Source: Cenococcum geophilum (lineage: Eukaryota). Taken from it: a stretch of 64,000 nucleotides of DNA. A program made the position numbers and the translations under genes. Position 1 is the first letter of the stretch. Every line of letters begins with the position of its first letter. The stretch is taken from the NCBI GenBank assembly GCA_050273025.1, contig CP158636.1, positions 9,114,001-9,178,000 on the forward strand, written 5' to 3'. Shown here one piece after another: positions 12,218-25,022 of the stretch. The notes beneath the pieces are model-generated. The model saw only the letters and a list, made by a program, of their open reading frames with translations. It was not told the DNA's origin and made no database searches.

Positions 12218-15200
12218 CGTTCTTTAAATTTCCTAGTGGTTCTTAGGTAGTCTTAGTATAGCCTATCTACTTAACCTTATACCATATTTTATTGTTAACG
12301 TCTTTATAACTAACGATCTTTAAAACTTACCATTCGTCTTCTTCCTATCCTCTATACATATCTGCTTCGTAAACTAGTGGCTTAATATTCCTATATACTG
12401 GCTCTAGTATTATAATATGCTGTATAGGGTAGATCTTTTTTTTAAATAGTAGGTTTAACTTAAATATAACCGGTAAAATCCTCTATATAATTTTAAAAGG
12501 TCCTAATCTAACATAGTCTAACTTCTTACTTAGTCGTTAACTCTTAAAATTTTTATATAGTAGCTATACTTTATCTCCCTCCTTAAGATCTAGTCCCTTA
12601 GATCTTTTAGCATTATAGTACTTTTTTATTCTCTTTTATACTTTCTTTACTAATTCTATAAGGTCTATATAAAGATTTATTAACGTCTTTATCCTTTCTT
12701 TAGCTATACTACTTGTTTTCTTTACTTACTATAATAACAATAATATTCTTAACTTATATCCGTAATTTACCTTAAATAGTAATATACCTATTCCTTCTTA
12801 AGGTATTATATTGTATATATACTGTATTACTAGTAATAGCAAAACCTAATTATTCTATGCATAATTAATATAATACCTTAGATACTGCTCTAGTGTCTAA
12901 TTTAGTCTTTCTGTTTAACTATCTGTCTGCGGATAATATATAGTAGAAGTTGCTACTTAAACTCCTTGCTCCGCTAAGAATACCTCCTAAAATACTGCTA
13001 CGAATCTTAGATCTCTGTCCAATATAATCTTACTTAGTGCTCCGTATCTTACAAACACTTCTTTAATATAGATTCTAGCAATATCTTCTACTAAGATCTC
13101 TTCTGTATATGCTATAAAGTATCTCCACTTTATAAGCTTGTCTACTATTACTAAAATTATATCCTAATCTTATCTAGTAATAGGGTCTCTTAACTTTAGT
13201 AACTTAATAATAAAGTCCTATAATATAACCTCCTATAGTCTCTCTAGTATTTTAATAGGTTATAGCCCTCCGTATAGCTTATACCTTATTAATTTATTCC
13301 TTTAACAATCTAGATACTCTTTTATTACCTTTTATACTAAGCCCTAAATTCTATTAATAATGTACTCCTCCTAGAGTTATAACACTAAGCCTATAGCCCC
13401 ATTATGTCCTTAAGTTAATCCCTTATAGAACTCTTCTATAAATTACTTAGCTATACTTTTTAGGATATACTTTACTTCTTAATTTTTATATATATCCGTC
13501 TATATATCTTCTAGCTATACTTCTAAAATTCTTTATACCTAAAAGCTCTTTAGTATCTTATAGACTTTCTCTAGTTCTTTATCTTTCTATATTACTATAA
13601 TTTTTAGATAATTATACCTAATTAATCCGTCTATATCTTTTTATAGTAAAGCCCCTAATAGCTTTTTATCGTTCTATAGTTTAACCTTTTAACTTAGAGC
13701 GTCTACCCGTGTATTATCTGTGCCCTTAGTATACTAAATCTTAAAATAGTATTTTATAAGTATCTCTGCCCATCTAACCTATCTCTGGTTAAGTTCCTTT
13801 ATTATTAAAAATCCCGTTAGGTTTTTATAATCCGTTTTAACTATAAATAGTTTCTCTATGCCTTATAAGAATGCTCTTTATTCTTTAAGTGCTATAACTA
13901 TACCTAATAACTTCTTATTATAGATGTTATAGTTTAACTCTAGTAGTATTATCTTCCAACTATAGTATACCACTAGGTGCTATCTGTCTTAATATTTTTA
14001 TATAAAGTATGCCCCTAGTATATAGTCTGATATATCCGTTTTTACAACCGTTTCTAGTCCTAGTTAGTAGATCTTAAGAACTAGCTCCTAGGTAAATATC
14101 CTCTTAACTTTTCTAAATAGTTTTCACTATTCCTTTCCCTATACCTATAGTTCTTCTTTCTTTATTAACCGCGTAAATAGCTTAATATTCTTTAACTATT
14201 ACGCTATAAACCTTCTATAGTAATTATAAAACCCTAAAAACGATCTTAACTACGTAATATTCTCTAGTTCTTACTAATTTACTATAGCCTTAATCTTCTT
14301 TAGATCTATACTAAGTTGGCCTAGTTTAATAATAAATCTAACAAAATTAGTCTTCCTAGTAAAGAACTTGTATTTCTTAATTACTACTAGCATCTATTCC
14401 TCTTATAGTCTCTTTAAGATCTACTTAACGTGTTCCCCGTGTTCTTCCTTAGTTATTAAGTAGATAATAATATCGTTAAGGTATACCATAATAAATTTAT
14501 CTAAGTATTCTCCTAATATATTATTAATACGCTTCTAGAACGTTGCTAGTACGTTTATAAGCCCGAATTGTATAACTAATAGTTTATATAATCCTTCCTT
14601 TAACCTAAAGGCTGCCTTCTATTTATTGCCTTCCTTAATCCTAATCTAATGGTACGCCTATTTTAAATCTATCTTTATAAAGATTTATACGTTACCTATT
14701 CTATCCTAGATCTCGCTAATTAAGGGTAAAGGATACCTATCCTTTCCAGTAATGCTGTTTAACTGTCTATAGTTAATACATGGCCTTAATTTACTATTCT
14801 TTTTTAGTATAAATAGTACTAGATAACCCGCTAATAATTATAATAGTCTAATGTATCCCTTTTATAGATTTTCCTAAACAAACTCTTTTAGTGCTCTACC
14901 TTCTTCTTTAGTAAGCTTATAGATTAGAAAGAACCTTAGACTTATTTCTAGTTCTAATTCTATCTTATAGTCCTATACTATATACTCCACTAGCTTTTTA
15001 CTTTCTAGTAACTATAGTTTTTTACTATATTTGTAGTATCTCTTTAGTATATAACTTAAGCCTTACTTAGTCTCTTTATATATCGCTCTAACTTAGTACT
15101 ATACCAACTTGGTTTACTATTACATCTTACGGCATTAAGTATCTCTAATATTAACCTAACCTGTAATCTAATCGATCCTTAGATTATATTCCTATAACTA

Positions 15201-18200
15201 AGGCATCTCTAATACTGCCTTATCCGGTCCTAATGGTAGGATATTAAAAGATATCTTAATTTGTCTCCCTTTAATAGTTATCTAAATAGGTCCTATTTTA
15301 AGGTTAATAATCCCTCCTCTATAGGCTATTAGATCTCCTAAAATCGTAATTAATAGGTAAGGTTACTCCTTCTGTCTATAAGGTAAACCCATTCTTTTAA
15401 CTACTATTAGTAAGATATGGTTTTGCGTTATTCTACTATCTATTAGCGCTTTAAACTACTAATCTTACCATTTTACTTATAAATTTAGGTGTTGTTTTTA
15501 AATTTCTTTAACGGTCTAAGGCTCTACTACTAGCTCCCTCTAGTCCTATAGGCCTCTACTTTTCCTAACTATTAGCTACTTAATCCTATTATACTTAGCT
15601 CGCTCTTTAGCCAATACCTAGTTCGCTTTTTATCTTTAATATACTATAGACGCATATTTTCTAGGTATTTCTACTACTATCGTCCATCTAAGTATTCTTC
15701 TATAAGAAATCTTCCTGGTTAAAGTATTAAATTTCCTTCCTTTTAGACCTCTGCTAGATGCTATCCGTGTATATATTTGGCATTTCTATACTATTACTCT
15801 TCTATTATCTAGTATATCCTTATAGAGTATTTCCAATTCTTTTCCTTCGGATTCTTATATATTTTGTATATATCGTCTATATATACAATCTATAATAGCG
15901 TATAGTATACTAGGTGCTTTAGGTTAACTCTTAACTTATCTTTATCTTTAAGTTTAAACCTTTATTATACCGATCTAAACGTCGCGACTTTATTTGTAGG
16001 TACTAAGATATATCTCTCGCTCCTCCAATCCTCTAATTATTCCTCTAGATCCTTTAACGTTATAATTAAGGCTCCTTTAATAAAGCTTATAGCCTTTTCT
16101 GTAATTGGGTGGTCCTAGATAACTTTCTTATTTAACTATATATAGAAATCTTCCCACTTATTATTATATCGCTGTTTATACCACTTTTAGTATAGCTGTT
16201 AGAGTGTGTACGGCTTATCTATAAGGAAGTATCTTCTTATTACTATATTGTAATAGCCTTTTATATATTATTCTTTAAACCTAGTAAGAATTTCTAAATC
16301 TTCTTCGTTTTCTAGTTTAGTAAGCCACTTAGCTCTTAGTGTGCCTGCCCTAGGCCTATTAGTAATTCTTTATACTAGCACTCTATCCCTTATACGTCCT
16401 AATATACTAGATCTTTTATCTAGTTTCTATTCTTACTATATAATAATTCTTTATCTAAATTCTTCTATGGTTTCTTTTGGTTTGCGTCTTATAGATTAAT
16501 CCTTAAAGTTATCTTACTTCTTAATCTTAGTATTAACTCTTTAATCTTTAGGCTAAATACTATATTCTTTTAGTAAGTCTTCTAGGTTTATATATCTATC
16601 TCCTAGTCTAGTTATTATTTGCGCTATAGATTCTCTAATCTATAAAGAAGCCTCTTACCTCTTATATATGGGTGTCCTTATTTGTACTCCAAATTCTTAG
16701 TCCCTTAGATTCTTTAATCCTAAGCTCGCTTCTAACTTAAGCTTAGCTCCAGCCTTAGTCTAACTAGGCTTACTTAGTATTCTTATCTTATCTTAAGAGT
16801 CTTAAATCTCACTTATCTCTTTTTAAGAATCCTATGCCTTTAGGAAACTTCGTCCTAAGCTTATTTATATATTACTAAACTAAGCCGTTACTCTACTCTA
16901 TTGGTTATCGTCCGTTATAGGTCCTTAAGCTTGCCTTATCTCGTTTTAAGAATCTTAGTCGTCTTACATCTTATCTTAAGAATCTTAAGCCTTTAGCCTT
17001 TTGCCTTTATCGAGTACCGAAGTGGCTCGCTATCCTACTTCTCTTATATTTTGCGAAGTAATAGACATCGTATTTAGCGGGGTCTTAATCCCTACTAATA
17101 TTCCCTATTCTATAGTAGAATTATCCTCTACCTTTAGTGTAATATCTCTAATAGCTACGCGTTCCTAGTAAACCGCCTATATTACCTTATCGTTATAAAA
17201 TGTTTCGCCTATATTAAATTTATTATCCTTAATATCTGATCTACGAATTAGTTTATTAGTTCCTTTATATTTTGCTAAATATAGCTCCTATAGCTAATAG
17301 CTTGCGCTATACTTAGCGTCCTTATAAATTTGGTATACATTATTATAATAAAACGCGAAACTTTTAATTAAACATTCTTTTATTCCTCGCAGTATATTAT
17401 TATCCCTCTATACGTGTATATCGTCTACTAGTCTTATCCCTTTTATTATATGGTAACTCTGCCTACTTCTACAATCTCTAATATAATAACCCTATTTTCC
17501 GTAATTTATATAAGCTTCTTCTTTAAACCATTTTTCTTATTATAGAGTCCGCCTAAACATCTTCTACTATTAAGATCCCTGGTTTAGCCTCTACTCCTTA
17601 GACCTTTAATTACTTAATCCTTATCCTCTAGGTTTCTATAGTCGTTTACTCTATCTCTTATAGGCTTCTTTAGTACTACTTAGGTTTATTAGCTCTACGC
17701 CATACCATAGTTTTTAACTTAGCTTTAGTTGTTGCGTACTTTACGCCTTATATAACTATAGAACTCTATCCTAACCTCTCTTAGCCTATTTCCTTTAGTA
17801 GATCCAATTATTAATCTTAATCACTTAATCTATTAGTTCCCTTAGGGTGTCTATATCTTCTATTAGGATAATTACGTCTTAGACTTTAGCCTTAAGTCCT
17901 TATTTATACTGTGCCATAAGCGCCCTATTATTCCACTTTACTTACGTTACTAACGTCTGGAACTGCGTTATGTATTTAATTGCTAAGGTTTGTTGCGTAA
18001 TATCTTAGAGTTTTCTTTCCGTTATAGTTACTGCCTTTAGGTCTCTAAATATTTGTATAAGTCGCTCTATAAATCCATTCTAGCTTAAGAACATAAACCA
18101 TACCTTTTGGTTTGTAGTTATTATTCTATTTACCTAGATTTCTATAAAGTAAGGCTTAAACTATTTAAGCGCTCTCCCTATTAAGAACAATTCTGTATAC

Positions 18201-18562
18201 GCTATTTAATCTATAGGTATTGCTAGCTTTACTCCTTCTTATATAACCTTAAAGTGCATTTATATAAGGAATCCTTTAAGCTTAGACTTCTCTCCTAAGA
18301 ATCTTTTGATCGATGGTAACTTAACCTTTACTACGCCTATCCTATTAATCCTATTTTCTAACGTCGCATTATTTTCTGTCAACTAGTCGACTATTTCTTA
18401 TAGTTGTCCAACCGTTATAGGTTGCTATAAGTTAGTGTCTGCTATACTAGTGTTGTTACCTAACCTTAAAGTAGTTGCCGCCGTTAATGGCGTTATAGTG
18501 GCTACTTTGAGTGGCATGTTATTTAACTTACTGTGTTTAATACTATAACCGGGTAGTAATTA

Positions 18563-18988
18563 TGTAATGGAACTTTATAGCAGGAACTATAATAGGCTCG
18601 TTAATAGGCTAGGTGTATAGGAAATGTAAAGATAGTAGTTAACAACGTAATAACAACTAGTAGAGTGGTTACCCAATAGATTAACTCTAATTGTATTTTA
18701 AGAATTACTACAAGGAAGGAACTATCTAGGTAGGGACTAAGGGTCCTTAAATACACAACCGTACTCCTATAAAATCCTTCTTGTATATAATATACATGCG
18801 CTCTATCTACTCTACCGCGGATTACGCAGATCCTCTAGATTATATAGATTACATTATATGACCTTAGTTACTATTCCTCGTCATATAGTTCTATCGGCTC
18901 CATCCTGGACCGTGCCTATATTAACCAACTAGCTTCTTTCGTCTCTTCTCTAAGTAGTTATAATATTATACTTAAAGCGTCCGTAACA
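18563..18988 (-). repeat. 5' LTR of Gypsy C
   Basis: TGTAAT...GTAACA. Direct repeat of 11011-11436. Confidence 0.95.
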
Positions 18989-19005
18989 AAAATCCTACCT
19001 TAATT

Positions 19006-20021
19006 AGTAGTAAGTTCTTTAATTAATGTCTGATATAGATCCTATCTAGGCCCACGCAGACTACTCCGTACATAAGGGAAACTTATAAATTGACAAGAAG
19101 AAAACCCTTGTTGATGTAGGGGACGGAAAAACCCTATAAGCTACCTCAGTAGGATAAAAAACCCCTGTTTTGCCATGTCCGTCCGTAGCGGCGGCCCTAC
19201 GGGCCCACGGCTACGTCCTGTCCTCCTTAGATGTTCGAACTCCTTAGGAACCACTACTTTCTTCTCTAGCTTATTCCAGCTGGGGTTCACTACGTCCTAG
19301 CTAAGCCTTGCTAATTAACTGCTGTACTGTTGTTTCCTATATCTTAGCCATCCCCCGTGTGCTATCTCTTATTTAACTATTGCTATATACGCTATACCTC
19401 CCCCCCCCTAGGGCCTATTAAAGGCGTAAGGGGGATTTATCCGTTCTAACTACCTAATACTAAACGGCGAGCGGGATGTATGTGTGTGTACTCTAGGTAT
19501 CTTTTATGCCTAGGCCCTAGTTACTAAGCCCTCTCTAAGGGTTACTACTCCGTTAAGAGGAGATGAGGAAAACTATATCTTGTGATCCGGCTGCCAGTTA
19601 GTACGGCAGTAAGGCGGTAAGTAACTGCATGCTCCGCGGGCGATCGCCCTAGGGGTTAGGAGGGGCCGTATATTTGCTCGTTGCTCGTTTATAATTGCTC
19701 GTTCATTAATATAAGGTCGTTAATGCTTTCTATTAGGGGTTAGGGGATGCTATTAAATGCTGTGTATCCATATTGGATCGTATAGGTGCTTAGTAGGGGA
19801 ACAGTAATAGCTGTATTGTGAAGGGGTACCGTCTATAGTGGTTTTTAAGATCTTATCATCCCATGTAAAAACCTTTCACTACGCCCCATAACGCACACAA
19901 CCACCACCAGGCCCACCAGCACGCGCTATGCGACGTCTCTGCGTTGGCTCTAGATCTGAACTTTAAAGACTAGGTTCGTAGCCGTCACCACGTACAGGTG
20001 CAGAGTCTGGTTTCGACGGCC
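19006..20021 (-). mobile_element. About 1.0 kb non-coding non-LTR (SINE-like) insertion with 5' HDV-like ribozyme
   Basis: 12-bp TSD CCTACCTTAATT (18994-19005, 20022-20033). The insert is absent from the homologous site of element F (~46752-46763). The 3' end on the minus strand is ATTAAAGAACTTACTACT, a short TAC-type tail. No ORF. Confidence 0.8.
19937..20021 (-). ncRNA. HDV-like self-cleaving ribozyme (predicted nested double pseudoknot)
   Basis: P1 GGCCGUC/GACGGCU with G1-U wobble, P2 CUCUGC/GCAGAG, P3 ACC/GGU, L3 UGUACGU, P1.1 GU/AC, J4/2 CCAAC. G1 coincides with the first base of the insertion. Confidence 0.8.
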
Positions 20022-21626
20022 CCTACCTTAATTATTATAGGACGAGATTCTATAAGATTCTATAAGATTCTATAAGACTCCACCTTAATTATTAAAGGAC
20101 GATTCTAATAATAAGGACGATCCTAATAACAAAATACTATCTTAATTCCTCCTTTGCCTATTACTTAAATAACTCCACTAATGAGTTTATTAACTATAAT
20201 TATCCTTAATAAGCTAGAAGACTGGGAATAATGGCTATGGCAACTCCGAGCCCTTATAGATTAGCAAATTTAGGCCTATGTTAACCTAGCTATAAAAGCA
20301 CCTTAAGAAGGTCTACTTAAAAAACCACCTTATCTAAAGGTTATAGATTTTAATAAAAATGCAACCTTATATATATAGCTCTCGTTAAATTAACAGAAAG
20401 CGTATAAGAATAGTAGATAATACTACGACTAGGATATAAAGTACTTCCTAAAATAGGAAGAGTATCTATAACAGATACGCACCCAGATCACGGCCATGGT
20501 ATCAGTTTAGAAGAAGCTGCTACTTAACCCTTCCTTAATAGTTAAAGAATGGCTATCCTAATTAAAGGAGAACACAGAACCTACCTTATTATTTATTAGG
20601 AAGAAGGTACAATACTAATATACAGAAGCCCTTAAGGGGTTTAAACACTTATTAAAATTAAATTAGCGGTTAGATTAATGGGAATATGTAATAGTACTAG
20701 GAGAGAAGTATAAGATCCCTTAAATGTCCGATAGAATCTAGCTTTAAGATTTAGCAGAAGTTATTTAACCTTTTAGTGACGCCTACTATATAAAGTACAC
20801 TATTAAGTTAAATAACCCACAGAAGTTAAGATCTTCTAAATACCGTAGAGTAGTAAAAGAGCTGCAAGAAGGACTTAAAACACCCTTAAAGAAAGCTAAT
20901 ACTATTTTAAGAGGGAGTACCTTTACTATAGACTTCGCAGAGTAAGCTATTAAAGATTACTCTAATACTACTAAAGGTTTATAAAGAGGAAGAGCCTTAG
21001 TATATAATAGACGCTTAAAGAAACCTAGGACACTAGTAAATAAGAAGACGTTTTATAAGAAGCTAACGCCTAAGTGCTTAGCGTACGGAATATAAGGACA
21101 CTCCCTATAGGACTATTAGTATTTATTTAAAGACAAGAGACCTATAGGAGTTATAATAGGAGATGCGCGCATTAATAGGGCACTAAAGAAGGTAGAAAAG
21201 AATAAGAATCTTACTAACTAAGTTATAAAGATTAGACTTAAAGAATAGGAAGATAAGGCTTAATAACGATAGGACGAGAGTTAGGAGATAGTTAAGATTA
21301 AGGGAGAAGCTAATATAATATTCCTAGAATCGTATTATACCGGTTAACTCCATCCGCTAAAGCTATTAACTATTTTTAACTTAGGAACTACTCTCTATAT
21401 CTTTAATAACCTCTCTTATTTCTATAACTGTAGGAAAGCTTTAAAATATAAATACGTCATCGCCGGCAGCTTAGAAGTGCCTATACTAGGCTATAGTAAT
21501 GTTACTATCTAAGTTACAAAACTAGATAAGAGTAAGGGAATCCTATGTTTTAAAGACGTTGCCTTTTATACAGACTTCAATACGAACCTTATATTATTCC
21601 GTCTACTTTAAAAATAAGGGTACTAC

Positions 21627-21893
21627 TATAGTGGTGTAATTTGGCCCCTAGATTTAATATCTAGATTAGGCATAGCTTTGGGAGAGCCTAGGCCTTATAT
21701 AAGTTATATAGATTGGTCTAGAGCCCTTAGAGTCTTTAATAACTTAAACAGGCACGACGGACACAGAATACACTCTTTTCTTCTCTTCTTACTAACTGCT
21801 TTCCTACTAATTTCCACTAACTGATTGCGACCGACCGACCGACCTAATAGCACTATAACTTCATATCTAAGAGTGACCGCGTATACTACTATA
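21627..21893 (+). repeat. 5' LTR of Gypsy E
   Basis: Direct repeat of 33697-33963 with terminal inverted 12-mer. Confidence 0.95.
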
Positions 21894-22479
21894 TATGGTA
21901 TTCCAAGTAGGGACGACGGCAAGCTCTTTAGATTAGAAGTCTAGCGCTATATATATAGGAGACGTATAGGAACGTGCTGCAGCCATAAAAGGACCGAAAA
22001 CTGTTAAGTTACCATTACTGGAAGCCGTTAAGTAACTAATAGGTGCGGAAATTGAGTATAGAACTACTAGCGACGTACGCGTAGGCACCACCATTATTAA
22101 GATAAGTTAATAATACTTTCGGAGATTGTTATTTAAGACCTATAGTAGACGGAATAGATAACTAGGAGTGGGAATGTAAGTATAGGGTACGGCAGGACGG
22201 AGGATAAAAGAGAGGGTTAGGATGCATTAGGACCAGTAAAGAGAAGTCTTTAATTTTTTATTTACTATATTTGTAACGGTCTATATAATTCTTCTAGCAT
22301 TTATATAAGCCTCCCTTAAATTTATAAGAGTAATAGCGATAGGACTAATAAAGGGAATACTAGGGATGCTAGGCCCATTCTATAATAACGGCGGAGAAGG
22401 AAGTAAGCAGCCTATTAACCTACGAAGTTTTTCTAACCTAGAGGATGCGGTACTAGACCTAACTTTTACAACATCTAAA

Positions 22480-25022
22480 ATAGATAACCTTTAGTAAAGA
22501 GAGGATAAGAACTAGGAGGTTAACTTACCTATCCTAGAAGAAACTGCTAGTCTATTACCTTATAACAAACCACTAATAGAATAAGATAAGGTATATATTA
22601 TAGCCCAGCCTATATTAGCTCTAGGGACTTTAGGGACTCTTTACTTTACGGAACAAAACGTGTCGCAATTTATTAAATAGTATAAGCGACTATGCATTTA
22701 GCACCGTGTTACGAACAATAAGAAGTATTAAGGACTTCTAGAATATTGCGACTATTAAATAGGGACCTAGATCCAAAGTCTGCCTAAGTTTATTATTAGC
22801 AGATAGACGGAACTCGTAGGAAAGCTTTAGACAGACTACTAAGGAAGTGACTACTTTTAATAAGTTAAGATGGTAGAATTCTTAGAAGCGTATATACTAT
22901 AGTATAGGAATAACCTACCTAGTAGTATACGCGAGTACTATAGACAATTTACACTAATTTCCTAGAAGGTTACTAAAGCTAGTAATTTAAAAAACTGTAA
23001 ATAAAGATACTAGTTTATAAAAGGACTTCTATTTAAATATTAAAAATATATTATAACTAAGACAGGAGCTAATCCGGATAGATAAGAGTCTTTTAACTTC
23101 TACCTACTAAGGAGGGCTGTAAAAGACAGGCTTAATTTTATAAGGGCGTAGACTACTTATTAATAATAAACCCTAAGGAGCAAGGCCTTTGTTAGCTGGT
23201 TAGATAATTCTATAAGTAGCAGCCGGCTATATTAAACTAGAGAGATACTGCTCTTCGGCCGCCCGTAGTCTCTTAGCTAAATAAGTTAGTAAGTGCCTAT
23301 TAAATAACTTAAGAGACGGACCCTAAGCTAGAGAACCTTACTAGTTAACTCCGGAAGCTTAATCTTAGGACGGTTAAATTAGTAAGCGTTATATCTTTAA
23401 TAACATTCCTTAATAGGATTCGCTAAGACCTAATATGGTATATACAGCTCCTAAATAAGGCGTTAGTGCGTTAAGAATAAGTAGGTCTGTAACTAGTAAT
23501 AAATAATAATGGACTGCTGCCGTCCTATAAGGGGGCGCTATAAAAGCGATATAAGCTAGGCCTAGGAAGGTATAGAGGACCAGGAAACTTTAGTATATAC
23601 TAGGTATAAGCTAAGACGTGTTATAGATATAAAGGCCCTTATTATTTTATTAACTAATACCTAGAGCTCTAAGAACTAGTTAGCCAGGGATTCCTATATA
23701 TAAACGAGAATAACTAAATCTATACTAAAACACGTTAGCGCCTAGAAAATCTACTCCTGTATTTACCAAGTAACTATGAAATTTAGTTTATTAAAAACTG
23801 GTTAAGGCAGAATGCGAATATTAATCCTAATGTAACGGCGATAGGCGTTTAACTAAACGCGTCCTTAGTAGAGCTTATAGAAAGTAATGGCGCTAAAAGT
23901 AAAAAAGAGCTCGGTAAGTCCTAGGAAGATATATATTAAGTAGAGTCGGTATACGTTAATCTAGTAGGAGCAGCAACCTAGTTATAGCCTATAATACGGT
24001 TATACGATCTTAGGAAGCTAAGAGGAGATATAAGGGTGACGAAACCACCTCTAAAACCAACTAGTTTGTAACTGGCAATAGTTTAAAATATATAACTAGG
24101 AGGATATATCTAAATCGCACTATAACTATAGTGGTAGGCCCCCTAATTACTAGTAAATAATAAGGAGACTAATGAAATAGACTATACTAAACAGCTAAGA
24201 AGAGAAGTAGAGTAAGGAATAAAAGCGACTGTAATTGCTAAAGCACCGCAACTAAAGCCGGTTAGGATAATAGATATATAAAAAGGGAACGTCCTAAGCC
24301 TAACTGTAATGGCGGACAAGATCTTATTAAAAACTATTGAAGTTACTATTAGTAACTGCCTTATATATATACCTAAAGTCGCAAGGTTATTCTTTAAGCC
24401 TCTCCCGCTACCTCTTATAGAGTCTTACTAACAAAAGTAAGAGGGTGTTAAGGCATTTATATTATCGGCATACCTAACGTTTTATACTAATTAAGCTGGC
24501 CTAATAACTGCGGAGGTAGACCAGATTAAATGGGAAGTAGAATTTATTTAGTTTTAATAATAATATCTAAAGGTAGAAGCATAAATAGGAGACAAAAGGG
24601 TTAAGTGCTTAATTAACTCTGGAGCGGAGCTTAACCTTATTAAGGAAAGTGTGGCTCTATAACACGGCTTGCTAATATTAAGTCTACCCCTATAGCTGCA
24701 GGGTATATATCTAACGTCTATAAATAGGACTTAGTCTAAGTTTATTAGATTAGTGTATATAGCCCCTATAGTTATAGGGGACGTCTTAATATCTACAACT
24801 TTTATTACTATAGGAGAAATGTTATATAAGGTAATACTTAGTAAGCTATAGTTGGTAAGGGCTAGACTAGTAACACAGTAAACTATAATAGGCCAGGTAT
24901 CTTATATTATTTAATTAGAAGATAGCGGAGTTAAAATAAGGTTCTTAACATCCTATAAGGACATAATATTCCTTAGACTAGATAAAGAAATTAGTATAGG
25001 TAGTAGTTTAGGAAACATATAA
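22480..25022 (+). pseudogene. gag-protease of Gypsy E (RIP stops; start approximate, at least one frame change inside)
   Basis: De-RIP PGTPGAPYFTEQNVSQF ~22620, zinc-knuckle-like CY(G)C(E)GP(H) ~23620, protease LI(D)SGAELNLI at 24609-24640. Confidence 0.75.

Larger units (their letters stand above)
11011..18988 (-). mobile_element. Full-length RIP-degraded chromodomain Ty3/Gypsy element C (about 8.0 kb)
   Basis: 426-bp LTRs at 11011-11436 and 18563-18988, 5-bp TSD AAAAT (11006-11010, 18989-18993), PPT 11437-11455. Gag ATG at 18517, protease ~15440, RT VYLND ~14475, RNase H, integrase, chromodomain ~12220-12340. Confidence 0.93.
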
